A DNA stretch of 64,000 bases. It comes from Lingula anatina. Lineage: Eukaryota > Animalia > Brachiopoda. Below are positions 15,401 to 26,346 of the stretch, one piece after another. The DNA is taken from positions 58,072,788 to 58,136,787 of the forward strand of contig CM120640.1 of NCBI GenBank assembly GCA_051362555.1, written 5' to 3'. The notes beneath the pieces were generated by a model. The model was not told the origin of the DNA. It did not search any database and saw nothing but the letters and a program-made list of their open reading frames with translations. Numbering within the stretch: the first letter of the stretch is position 1; every line of letters starts with the position of its first letter. The translations under genes and the position numbers were made by a program.

Positions 15401-15714
15401 TTTTTTTCTTTCATTTGGGATTCAATGTAACAGTATAGTAGGTGGATAGAAACAAATTTAAAGAATCAACATCAACTTTACATTATTGACTGAAGTATCA
15501 TTGTTTTTTTTTTTTAATTCGCATTAATTAAAATGGTATTTGAATTTTATTTCTTTTTACAGGTCTTATTCCACTCTTGGGCATTGATGTTTGGGAGCAT
15601 GCATATTATTTGCAGTACAAGAATGACAGAGGAGCCTATGTGAATGCTATTTGGAATATCATTAATTGGGATAATGTGGCAGACAGATATGCCAATGCTA
15701 GAATGCAAAATTAA
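12463..15714 (+). CDS. SOD2: Mitochondrial manganese superoxide dismutase; exons 12463-12494, 14051-14253, 14684-14800, 15187-15366, 15563-15714
   Basis: [64 protein letters not shown] motifs; basic N-terminal targeting-like peptide [11 protein letters not shown]. Confidence 0.96.
13690..13845 (+). mobile_element. Degenerate 3' fragment of an RTE-clade LINE in SOD2 intron 1
   Basis: Translates to [27 protein letters not shown], resembling the RTE C-terminal GxRxxGRP...W motif; contains stops. Confidence 0.55.
14456..14643. mobile_element. PIF/Harbinger (Tourist-like) MITE with TTA TSD in SOD2 intron 2
   Basis: TTA on both sides; long imperfect TIR (ATTCAGAATAGGAGACCAACTAGTC / GACTAGTTAGTCCCCTATTCTGAAT); ends GGC..GCC. 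Confidence 0.75.
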
Positions 15715-16129
15715 ACAAATGATTTGTTGAGGATGTTTGTTGTAAAAGTCGCACATCTATTGTGGAAGGCAATTTGGTGATTTCACACCATTTTGAGAGA
15801 AATGCACAAAATGTAAAAAAAAAAAATGAAAAATGCACGAAAAATAGACTTTGACCAGCTGACTTTGTCACCATATGTTTTTGCTCTGTACAACTTATAC
15901 ATGTGCCATTTGTGAAAAGATAAAACTGTGCTGCTCATATTCTGCCCATTTAACATCATTAGCATGAATGCAAAGCTTCACTGCAGTCATATTGTAATTG
16001 TAGCAAGTAGTGAAAAGTTTACTGACAGCCTTTAAAAACTTTGAGACAAATATTTTTCAACATAATTTTTATTTAGAAGCTCTAAACTGGATTTTTTGTG
16101 TGAATCTTGAATATGAATTTTCTGCTTAG

Positions 16130-16790
16130 GATGTTGGCATGTGGAAACAAAATGCTCAAGGTTTAAAGAAACAACAAAAATCTGAACAAAAGAAAATGGC
16201 AACTGTCAAACAAAGTCACAACAGAGAACACCTGGTTTGGCCTCTGTTTGTTTCAGTGCAGGTGGCGATCTGTTAGCACGTGCTTCAGCTTAGAAAAGCG
16301 TCCATGCACAGTGGGGCTACTGATCTTGGGGTTGCATGCTGTATGACTCGCACAGCTAATCTGGTCCAGGTGTTGCGATCCTGGTTGAGAGTTGTCACTC
16401 TCTTTCACCATGGACGTGGTCTATAGTCAACAGAGCTTGTCATGTTGTGGCAGGTTTCTGATTGTGGGTTGGGAACAGCCCATACGGCTGGCTATATCAC
16501 TGCAGCTCTAACAGGCCTGCACCATACCCATACCAGTGCATGGAGACCTTGTTCTCTTGATCATTGTGGCATGGTGCCATTTACTGGACTAACAGTGGTG
16601 ACCTTTTTTTTGGCCTTTATAAAAACCTCCAAAACCAATCTGCAAATTGTGCAGATACCCACTAAAAATTGCCCAATGGGTGTTTAGTCCTCTTTTGCAA
16701 AGAGGTCAAGCCATGTGCAATGAACTGTGACAACTCATCGTTTCAATTACCCAAGCACTAAGTCATCAATAAATTTGCAGTGAATAATTA
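16130..16790 (-). mobile_element. Decayed Tc1/mariner transposon remnant
   Basis: Minus-strand fragments translate to IASRMGCSQPTIRNL and SVDYRPRPW*KRVTTLNQDR, resembling the Tc1 N-terminal HTH and GRPRVTT..QDR motif; frameshifts and stops; boundaries approximate. Confidence 0.55.
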
Positions 16791-18224
16791 CAACCCCCTT
16801 TAAAGGAAAAATATGCATACGTTTCTGCCTCAAGTTTCTATTGTCTTTCAGTGTAAATTGGAATGGCACTACATAATTCAACCAGTAGTTCGTAGCTTGG
16901 TTGATGCGACATTTACATTAGTTCTAATTATTTGCATGACTGGATGTAAATGGGTTGAAAACATTGAATAAATTGGTTGCTAGCATAAATGCAAAGCGGG
17001 CTGTTATTTACCACTTTTGGTATAGTGACTGTAGAAGAAGGATCGGTTGTGCCACAGAGCTGCTGTTTTTACCCACGGTAGCAATTGTGACAAAACAAAT
17101 AAACGAAAGATTTTAATAAGATGGAAGTCTTAATTGGATATCTCATACTTTATTTGCTAATTTTGACATTTTCCTTGAACATATGTACGATGTTCCTTCT
17201 ACCCCCAGTAAGAAGTTACATGCAGAATACACAGACACCTCGTAAAACCTTTATAACGGATGTTATGTGAGTGGGTTGGCCATACACCTATACATCTACA
17301 GGTAGTATTTCCATTTTGAAGCAAGAGTGCAACAAACTCCTTGGGATGAAGGTCCCATGTAAAGGTATTCTATACACATTTGAAACTGTCCATAACTCCT
17401 ATTTGTCTAAATATCCTGTAAAACTACTCTTATTCAGACCTTGGAAATGATAACACCCCTCAAATACAAGTATCTAATTTTTTAATCCCTTCTAACATAT
17501 AAATATACGTCAGGAAGATAGATGGTAGCCTAAATGAATCGTGGTTTGTTTATAACATTTATTTAAAAATGGTACTAAACAAACGTAGTCTAGGGATTAT
17601 GTGGGCAGGATAAAATGGCCATTTTTCTCAATGAAACTAAGATTTGGGATAAAAATTCTTATAAGTACCATTAATTCATGAATTTAAAAGCATTAAAGAT
17701 ACTAATGAAGTGAGAATAAAAACTCAAGATCTGTAATGTATATCAATCACTAGTACCTATTTCTTGCACAATATAAAAACCACATACACAAAAAAAAATC
17801 TCTTGGGCAGTGTAACAATGCTTCAAAACAACTTCTCAGGTGTAAATTTGAGCTACTTATTACCCCTCCAGTTCATATAGCACAAAGTAAGCATAAAAAA
17901 GTTGTGCAAATATAATTTTTAAGTGGCAATAAGCACTCATTAAATGTGCATTTTAAATAAAATACATGCTGGAAACTCGGTTGCTTCTGCAGGCCTAGGG
18001 GAAGTGGTTGTTTGTGGAGCTGCATCTGGGAACTTTTGCCTTGTATGAAAGATTCATTTAAAACAACTTGTTGTGAACTATGTTGTGAAGAATAAAATGA
18101 TAAACCTGAGCCATATCTCATTAAACATCAAAAAAGTTTTGTACAAGATTATATAACCCTCAAAACCAAAGACATCCCCATATAATAAATAAGCTGCAAC
18201 AAAGAACATTGCAGAGAAAATAAA

Positions 18225-21200
18225 TTATTTGGAACATGATGGATTTGTACCAAACTTGTTATCAATTTTCATTGACTGAGTATATGCAGTCTTTTTTAAA
18301 TACCAGGAATCTATTGCATTTAGTAAACTAACTCCATCTATTTCCATTTGCATATTCAATACACCATGGTGCAAAAGCGTGTGCCTCAGGCAGCTAAAAA
18401 AATATACACCATTGTTTTTGTTCTTTCTGAATTCTTCAGTGGCATTTAACAAGGCCATTCTATGGGTATCTAAATAGTCTTTTTCTTTATTATCACATTT
18501 TGGATAACTGCATGAAATCTGTAGAAAGTTTCTTGTTGTCCACGTATCATACAAAGAATTTGTAGCAAATATCGAAGATCTTAAAAATTTGTTATTATTT
18601 AGTGGAAAAAAGCACTTGTATTCCTCATTTTTGACTTGCTTGTTAATGCACTGTTTCACTGATGGAGTTTCTAAAAAAGAAATATGCATATAAATGTTCA
18701 TATGGAATAAAGCATATTTTAACTTTGTAACCCTGAATTAGAGGAAAATAACATCAAAACAAAATTTCAATTCAAGCCACATATTTTAGGCAAGTAGTGA
18801 CCTCAAGTAAATGAACACTTAACTTTTGCATTTGTTACTACAATGTTTTAACTATTTAAGAATGAAAAATAAAATGAAAAGAAAAATAAGTCAAAGGGCA
18901 CGGTAGTTCTAGGGAGTATGTTAAATTTTAGAACTTGTTCAACTGTTTCTTCTTTGTAAAATGGTGATGAAAAACTCACCCTTTATGTTATGCAGATCAA
19001 AGACACCTTTGAATGTTTCTTCAGCAAGGTTTTTTCCCTGGAACCCCGGATAATTCAGAAATATTCCTCCATCTGCCATGGCATGAAAGTTTACTGACTG
19101 TGGAAGTTTGCTCTTCATAAAATCTGCGTGGAGAAATGTTGCTAAGCCACCAGCTAAAATGGAAAAAGGAAATATATGAACGGGCATATTCAGAATATTT
19201 TATCAAATTAAAAATGGATCCTTTATCCAACATTTACCTATTCAACTAAGTTAGAAGTTGAAGGAAGATTCTCAATTCCTTGTTCAGTAAGATAACATCA
19301 AATAACATACTAATTTTCACACTTGGTGATACTTGACCCAAGGCATAATAAATCCCATTTGAATATAACATCATTTTTGAGGCAATTTGGCCCACATGGT
19401 TGATGGTATACAAAAAAATATATTTCTCTTTTTTTTAATGAAAAGGTCCATCCATAAGCTTCACCTGAACTTCCAACAAGTATCACTCTCCTTGCATGCC
19501 CCAGATCTGTAGTTTCTATCAAGAAGTCCATTAGGGTTTGAAGGATGTGGAAGCCTTGGAAATACAGCTTGTTGCCATTGTACAGAACAGGATTGGCCAT
19601 ACTACCTGACAACATAATTAATTGCAAATGAAAATCTTTCTTATCAAGTTGATATTTGTCATGTCCTTTTTTGAACTTAACAGTTGTCATCAATAAAATT
19701 ACTGTGCAACTGGTTTTCTAAAGCTACATTTTAATACATGTGTATTAAAAAAAAAACAATAAATGGTGTTTATCTACAAGGGAACCCTTAAAAATTACCT
19801 GCATAAGAACCCCCATCACAATAAAGTAATGATACCATGTTCCACATGTGAAAGGTTGGATTGCTTTTGGGATCAGATGATAAAATGCCATTAAATTCTT
19901 TGGTAGATGGAGCAACTTCACTGGAACCTAAGTGAGTTTTACTCCTAAAAAAAGGTAATTACTCAATCTTTTAAATGGGCAAAAATTATCAAACTTTCAG
20001 ATACAGATACATAATTTTATAATCACAAAATAAACATTTCTATATAGCATTTGTGGTGATTTAATTGCATAGAATAGAACTGTCATAGTGGTGATTTCAC
20101 AGCCAAACTTCATTTTAGAAACTTCCACATTTAAATCAAATTAAATCAACATTTGGTAAATATTGTTCAGATGTCTCAGTTATAATGATATTACATGAAT
20201 CTGTTGATGTATTTTATTTATTGAAACCAATAACTGCAACCAAGTTTCCAAGGAAACTGTAACCAAGGATGTTTTCAGTTTTAAAAGGATTGAAGACGGT
20301 AACTTTATTTATGGCTTCATCCCCTAGTTAAAGTTTAGGTCAGTCTCAGTTTAATTATGTTAAAGGTCTCTACTTATAGTATTAATTCTGTCAGTGTCTC
20401 TGATTTGATTTAGGAATCACTGTAATGTATTTTGTGTGTATTAGTATGTAAGGAGAAGAACTTTGTATTGTAATCAGAGATTAGAGATTGGAGATCAGAG
20501 TAAATTTGGTCAGTCGAAGCGATAGCTGGATTGTCCATGCTGTCTTATGAGACTCGGATCTCTCAGCCAGAAAAATAAATGTAGAGATCAGTCAGTTTGT
20601 AGTTGATCTCTGGAAAACATATCACTGTATTACCTGCTGGAGAAGTAACTTAGACCAAGTGTCCCCTGTGATAAAACTATAGAGTAGCCTGCTTTTCAAA
20701 TAGGAATGTTCTTAGTTTGAAAAATTGACTCAAAAAATACAGGATCTGTAAAATTCACAATTGTTTTGTGTGTGTGTGTGTGTATGTGCACGCATGTGTG
20801 TATATATCAGACTCATAACAAAAACATGATTATGTATCTGAAGACTTACATATAATCTTTTATTTTGAACTTAAGCATCAAACTATTATTTGTACAATAC
20901 CTTTCATAGCAGTCTTTCAGTGTGGCACACCAACCACCTGGCTCCAAATACAGAATCCAGTCTCTCTTTCCCACATGGAATCCTAGAATCATTCAAGACG
21001 CATATGAAGTATTTTTTTGCCACAAAACCCGACTATGATGCCACCATATTGTTTCAAACAGTATAACTTGGAAAAATACCAAATGACATCACTTCATATT
21101 TCCTGAAAAATGATATTTTTACAGATATATGAGTTGGATCCATAAAAATGTTAAACATTTAAACAAAATGGAAGTTAAACAGAAGGAAAACTACTGAAAG

Positions 21201-22350
21201 TACTCATTTGTTAAATAAGCATTCAACCTGTGACTGTCAGTAAATTTAATGTTCAATAGGAGGGAATCATTAAAGGAAAGTGGTTCCTGTAAAAATCTAA
21301 CAGTATACATTATGAGGCATGTATATATGGCAATGACTTGACCTTTGCAATGGGCAAAAATTATCTAACTTTCAAATGCATAATTTTATAATCACAAAAA
21401 TTCCATTTCTGTATAGTATTTGTGGTGTTTATACTGCATAGAACAGAACTATAGAGCAGCCTGCTTTTTGATTTTGTTGCTACCCCTCAACAGGAATGTT
21501 CTTATTTTAAGAAATTATGACTTAACAAGGCAGCAAAGCTGACAAATGTACAGACAAAAAACAGAAAATAAAGATGCAAAAAAGGTCATTTTGTCAATTT
21601 TGATGCAATAATAAATAATGCTTATAATAGCACTGTCAGTCAACACTGAATTTTAATCATGCACAACAGGTAACATGGTCAATAACAGGAGCAGACCCAG
21701 AGATATTTTCTGACAGTATTACAAAGTATCTATGTTGATCCATCCTCCATTTTGATGGTCTTCCAACAGAAAAAAATAGATACCAGTCAATATAAACTTA
21801 ATAACCTGAATGTCTTCTGGAAGACCCAGAAGATGGTCTCAATCCACCCCTTCAATAAGATCACAGTTTCAGGACCATGAGAGTTCAAATTCACATTATG
21901 AAAGTCTCAATATTTGAAAAATGATGACAGTGCATAAAATAATATTACATAATGTTTAAAGACATAAAAAACAATACAACTGCTTATGCAGAAATACAGA
22001 AAATGTGCAGAGCCCCAGGCAGATGAGAGTTAAAAGTCACAAATGCAAGTGTTTGAGAAAAAATTATAAAGGAAAACAACAAAACTAGAAAAGCACTTTG
22101 AGAGTGCAGACCTCTGCCAAGGCAGCAATTGTTGATTATTATTGATAATTGATTGATTATTGATCCGGACCACCACCAAAAATTAATCATTGTCCTCTTT
22201 GGCCCACTTCCGACAGTTCCTGAAAATTTCTGCAAAATCGGTCCATAACTTTTTTGTGTTATGTGGATGACACACAAACAGGGGTGAAAACATAACCTCC
22301 TTGGCAGAGGTAAATATAATTCCAATGATGCTGCCATTCAAACTTTTAAT

Positions 22351-22413
<63 letters not shown>

Positions 22414-25400
22414 CTTATTTGCAATATTATTTGCAATATTAAACAAAATTTACCTGCATAATTATCACTGCTTACTTATTATTAATCTAGCAGAGAGCTT
22501 AACCTTTGGGAGTTTACAGGGAAATATCAACAAGTGTGCTTTATGTAATCTCATTTAATGGCCTATTAATGACTTTATAACTCTGAGTGATACCCAAGTG
22601 ATACCCAAGGGAAATTTACAGACTGACCCTCTCAAAGATCTTTCAGGCCCATAAGTCACATCTTAAGAAAAGCACATAACAATAATGCACAAAATAGGAG
22701 ACTACCAATTCTGATGCAATAATACATTATGTTTAACTGCACAGTCAACATCAAATTTTAATTATGCACAACAGGTAACACCAATGAAAGTAAAAGCATA
22801 AGGCTTCAGGCCCATCAGAGTTCAAGTTTATACTTTGAAAGTGCCAGAATGAGAAAAATGAAAATTTCACACAAAATTGCATGAATTCAATGATAAAAGA
22901 TAACCCAATTGAGCTGGCTTTCTAATTTGAACTGCATGCCAATCCTAAAAATCATACTTGTAAGTTAAAAATAATAATAAGTAACACAGTTTTCTTTTCA
23001 TGTTTGCAGTAGCAGTGCAAAAAGATTTTTGTCAATTTTGATGTAACATTACATAATAAATTATATAATAATTATCACCAATTTTTGATTATTGACTATA
23101 AATAGCATGGGCATTTAGAAATTTGATTACTATTCTGCTTCATGTCCATGGGAGCTCCGAGTCCCACAATGAATATGCCAACACGATAATAATGAATTTT
23201 TCACTAAAATGTATAACTTCCAGAAAAAGAAGCCAATTAGACTGCTTTTCCAACTCAGGCTGCATTTTAGTCCTGTGTTTCTTTTTTGAAAGTTTGACAG
23301 TCATAAGTAACACGGTTTTCCCATAATGGTCATCATGGCAGCAGCACCAAAAATTGTGTTTTCTTCTATTTTGATGCAACATTACATAATGCTTAACAGC
23401 ATAATGACCATCAATTTTTAATAATAATATATACGTATCATGGATTTTCAGAAAATGTGACTAGCATGGGTCTTCAAGCCCGTGGAGGTTCTAAGTCACA
23501 CCTTGAAAATGCCAATATGTGAAAAATGAAATTTTCACAAAAAACTGTTTAACTGCCAGAAAAATTTACCAAACAGACTAAATTTCCTACTGAAGCTGTA
23601 TTTTAGTCCCATGTTTCTTTCCTGTAAGTTTGAGAACAGTAAGTGACATGATTTTCCTTAAGTGCTCATCATGGGAGCAGTGCCCAAAATAGGGGTTTCT
23701 TCAAATTTTAATGTAAAATTACATAATGTTTAACAGCATAATGACCATCAATTTTTAATAATAGAATATTAGTAACATGGACATTCAGAAAATGTTACAA
23801 GCAAAGGTCTTCAGGATCATAGAACTTCAAAGTCACACCTTGAAAATGCCAATATGTGAAAAATTAAATTTTCACAAAAAACTGTTTAACTGCCAGAAAA
23901 AATTACCAAACAGACTGCATTGCCTACTGAAGCTGTATTTTAGTCCCATGTTTCTTTCCTGTAAGTTTGAGAACAGTAAGTGACATGATTTTCCTTAAAT
24001 GGTCATCATGGGAGCAGTGCCCAAAATAGGGGTTTCTTCAAATTTTGATGCAATATTACATAATGTTTAACAGCATAATGACCATCAATTTTTAATTATA
24101 AAATATTAGTATCATGGATATTCAGAAAATGTGACTAGCAAAGGTCTTCAGGCCCATGGAACTTCAAAGTCACATCTTGAAAATGCCAAAATGTAAACAA
24201 GACAGCACTTTCTGAAATGGGTTTATTTCCATTTTTAACACTTTTTTAACATAAAACAAAATTAACAGTTTACTGCCATTTTTATATGACCAACTAAGAA
24301 AATTGATGAGATGGGAAAAATATCAATAGAACAGTATTAAATGTCCAATTTCCTCCATTCTGAGATTCTGAACATAGTGGATGATTGAATCTGACAAACT
24401 GCAATGATATGTGTTTATTTCCATTTTTGACACTTCATTACACAATACAAGATAACAAGTTTACCATCATTTTTACATAATCAACTAACAATGTTGTAAA
24501 AATGCAGGAAATGTCAAAAAAACACTTTTACATATCTTATTAGTTCAATAATGAGACTATTTACATGCCTAAGAATTGAATCAGAGAAAATGTGAAAAAA
24601 AAGCATAACTTCCCTAAAAATGACCCAATCATGCTGATTTTCAAACTTGACCTGCGTATTATAAATATTCATCAGTTCTGTAAGTTTCAAACCAAAAGGT
24701 AAAACGGTTTTCCACTTATCGTGTTTACGGTGTTGCATATATGCTGAAAAAAGTGTAAAAAAAAGCAAAACTTCCCTAAAAATGACCCAATCATGCTGAT
24801 TTTCGAACTTGACCTGCGTATTATACAAATTCATCAGTTCTGTAAGTTTCAAACCAAAAGGTAAAACGGTTTTCCACTTATCGTGTTTACGGTGTTGCAT
24901 AAATGCTGAAAAAAGTGAAAAAAAAGCAAAACTTCCCTAAAAATGACCTGATCATGCTGATTTTCAAACTTGACCTGCGTATTATACAAATTCATCAGTT
25001 CTGTAAGTTTCAAACCAAAAGGTAAAACGGTTTTCCACTTATCGTGTTTACGGTATTGCATATATGCTGAAAAAAGTGAAAAAACAGCATAACTTCCCTA
25101 AAAATGGCCCGATCATGCTGATTTTCGAACTTGACCTGAATATTATGAATATTCATCAGTTCTGTAAGTTTCAAGTCAAAACGTAAAACGGTTTTCCACT
25201 TATCGTGTTTACGGTAAAAGTGCACGCCAACGGCAACGGCAACGGCAACGGCGACGACAGACGCAGGTGACGGCTTTATGTACAGACACATCTGTGTCTG
25301 TACATAAAAATACAGTATCTGTAAAATTCACCATTTTCCCCTCTGAAAAGATCAAGTAATTACTGTATATTTGCTTTGCACACTGTAGTTGTACAAGGAT

Positions 25401-26346
25401 ATTTGTTGGAAGTAAGTGTCATTTTGATATAGATAATTGGACTTCAAAATTGTCATTTCTGACAACAGTGTCCACAAGTGTGGAGCAAATCCAATTTGGC
25501 AACACTGCTTCTTGAAAAAAATGCAGATAACGAAAGGCCTGTGGTTTTGAGTAGTTACAATCAAGTGAGGCTTTGATTAATTTGTAGATTATTTGGTTAA
25601 TATGGGCATTAGTGCTAAAAGATCTGCGGGTAGTGCTAGTAAATGCCTAATCCTTTTATAAGGCCTGATGATAATAATAATAATAATAATAAAAAGTTAA
25701 TCACCTTTCCTGATGTAAAAACCTGGTGGAGACCCATCCAAGCAAGCTGCTCTTCTTGCTTCTGCAAAGTCTTTTGGAACTACAACCAGCTCTCCATCTA
25801 TATCACTAGCCACATGAAAGCTGATAAATGTTGGCCTCAAGTTCAACAGGGCCCTCAGCAATATGACTAAGACCACCAGGGATATCACAATCAGGATAAG
25901 GCATCTCTTTCCTGTTACAAAAACATACCATGCTTGAATCTCTTTATGTTCAATGACATTTTCCTTGGTGTTCGGCAGCAAAATTGGCTCAAACAAATTT
26001 TAGTAATCCCACTTTTTTAATGTTAAAAAAATTGGTCATGTCACATTTCAGCTCCTTAAAACATGAATAATTTTTTTATAAAGCTAGAAAAACATATCAT
26101 TTGTTTTATTTTTAGTGACGAAGTTTTCTGACTTTAATAAACAAAATTCAGAGGAACTATGTAAGTACTTGAAATGTACAATGATATCAATTCAAAATGA
26201 TGTACATTCTAAGGTATTCACATTATTAGTACCAGCAATATACCTGACAGTGACCCTGCTTTCATTTGAGGTTTAGACAATGTAACTTTTGGGGGTACAA
26301 AAACCATCTTTTGCAATCCTAAACTTCCCAGTTCTTCCTCTCCCAT
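18225..26346 (-). CDS. Pectinacetylesterase/Notum-family carboxylesterase with N-terminal membrane anchor; exons 26346-26244, 25911-25705, 20982-20901, 19944-19799, 19605-19465, 19153-18980, 18670-18225
   Basis: ACLDGSPPGFY, WILYLEPGGWC, NPTFHMWNMVSLLYCDGGSYAG, GSSAGG nucleophile elbow (split by an intron), ADGGIFL, SLYDTW, SCLRH; frames compatible across all GT-AG junctions. Confidence 0.9.
22083..22314 (-). mobile_element. Non-autonomous Helentron/Helitron2-type element (HINE-like)
   Basis: Subterminal inverted repeats CCTCTGCCAAGG (22111-22122) / CCTTGGCAGAGG (22299-22310), 3' hairpin GCACTCTCAAAGTGC, terminus CTAG in a T-run, no TSD. Confidence 0.75.
22353..22412. repeat. (TA)n microsatellite
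   Basis: Direct reading. Confidence 0.95.
22800..24195. repeat. Degenerate ~336-bp tandem repeat (about 4 units, with more decayed pieces back to ~21550)
   Basis: AGTCACACCTTGAAAATGCCAA-like anchor recurs at ~22825, ~23160, ~23495, ~23831, ~24168. Confidence 0.8.
24590..25310 (-). mobile_element. HINE-like element carrying a 161-162 bp satellite array (about 4 units), a (GTTGCC)n microsatellite and a terminal palindrome
   Basis: Units start near 24618, 24780, 24941, 25102; (GGCAAC)n at ~25226-25250; palindrome TTTATGTACAGACACA..TGTGTCTGTACATAAA at ~25276-25308 beside an A/T run. Confidence 0.75.

Noticed and set aside
21984-22558. ORFs with IYIYIY runs and the 117-aa ORF
   Set aside because: Products of the (TA)n microsatellite and the HINE element.
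24514-25291. Repetitive ORFs (MQHRKHDKWKTVLP...) and a possible CRISPR-like array
   Set aside because: They are translations of the 161-bp satellite; there are no unique spacers or cas genes, and the DNA is eukaryotic.
18225-26346. Assigning the symbol NOTUM
   Set aside because: Family membership is clear but orthology is not; motifs and topology differ from Notum.
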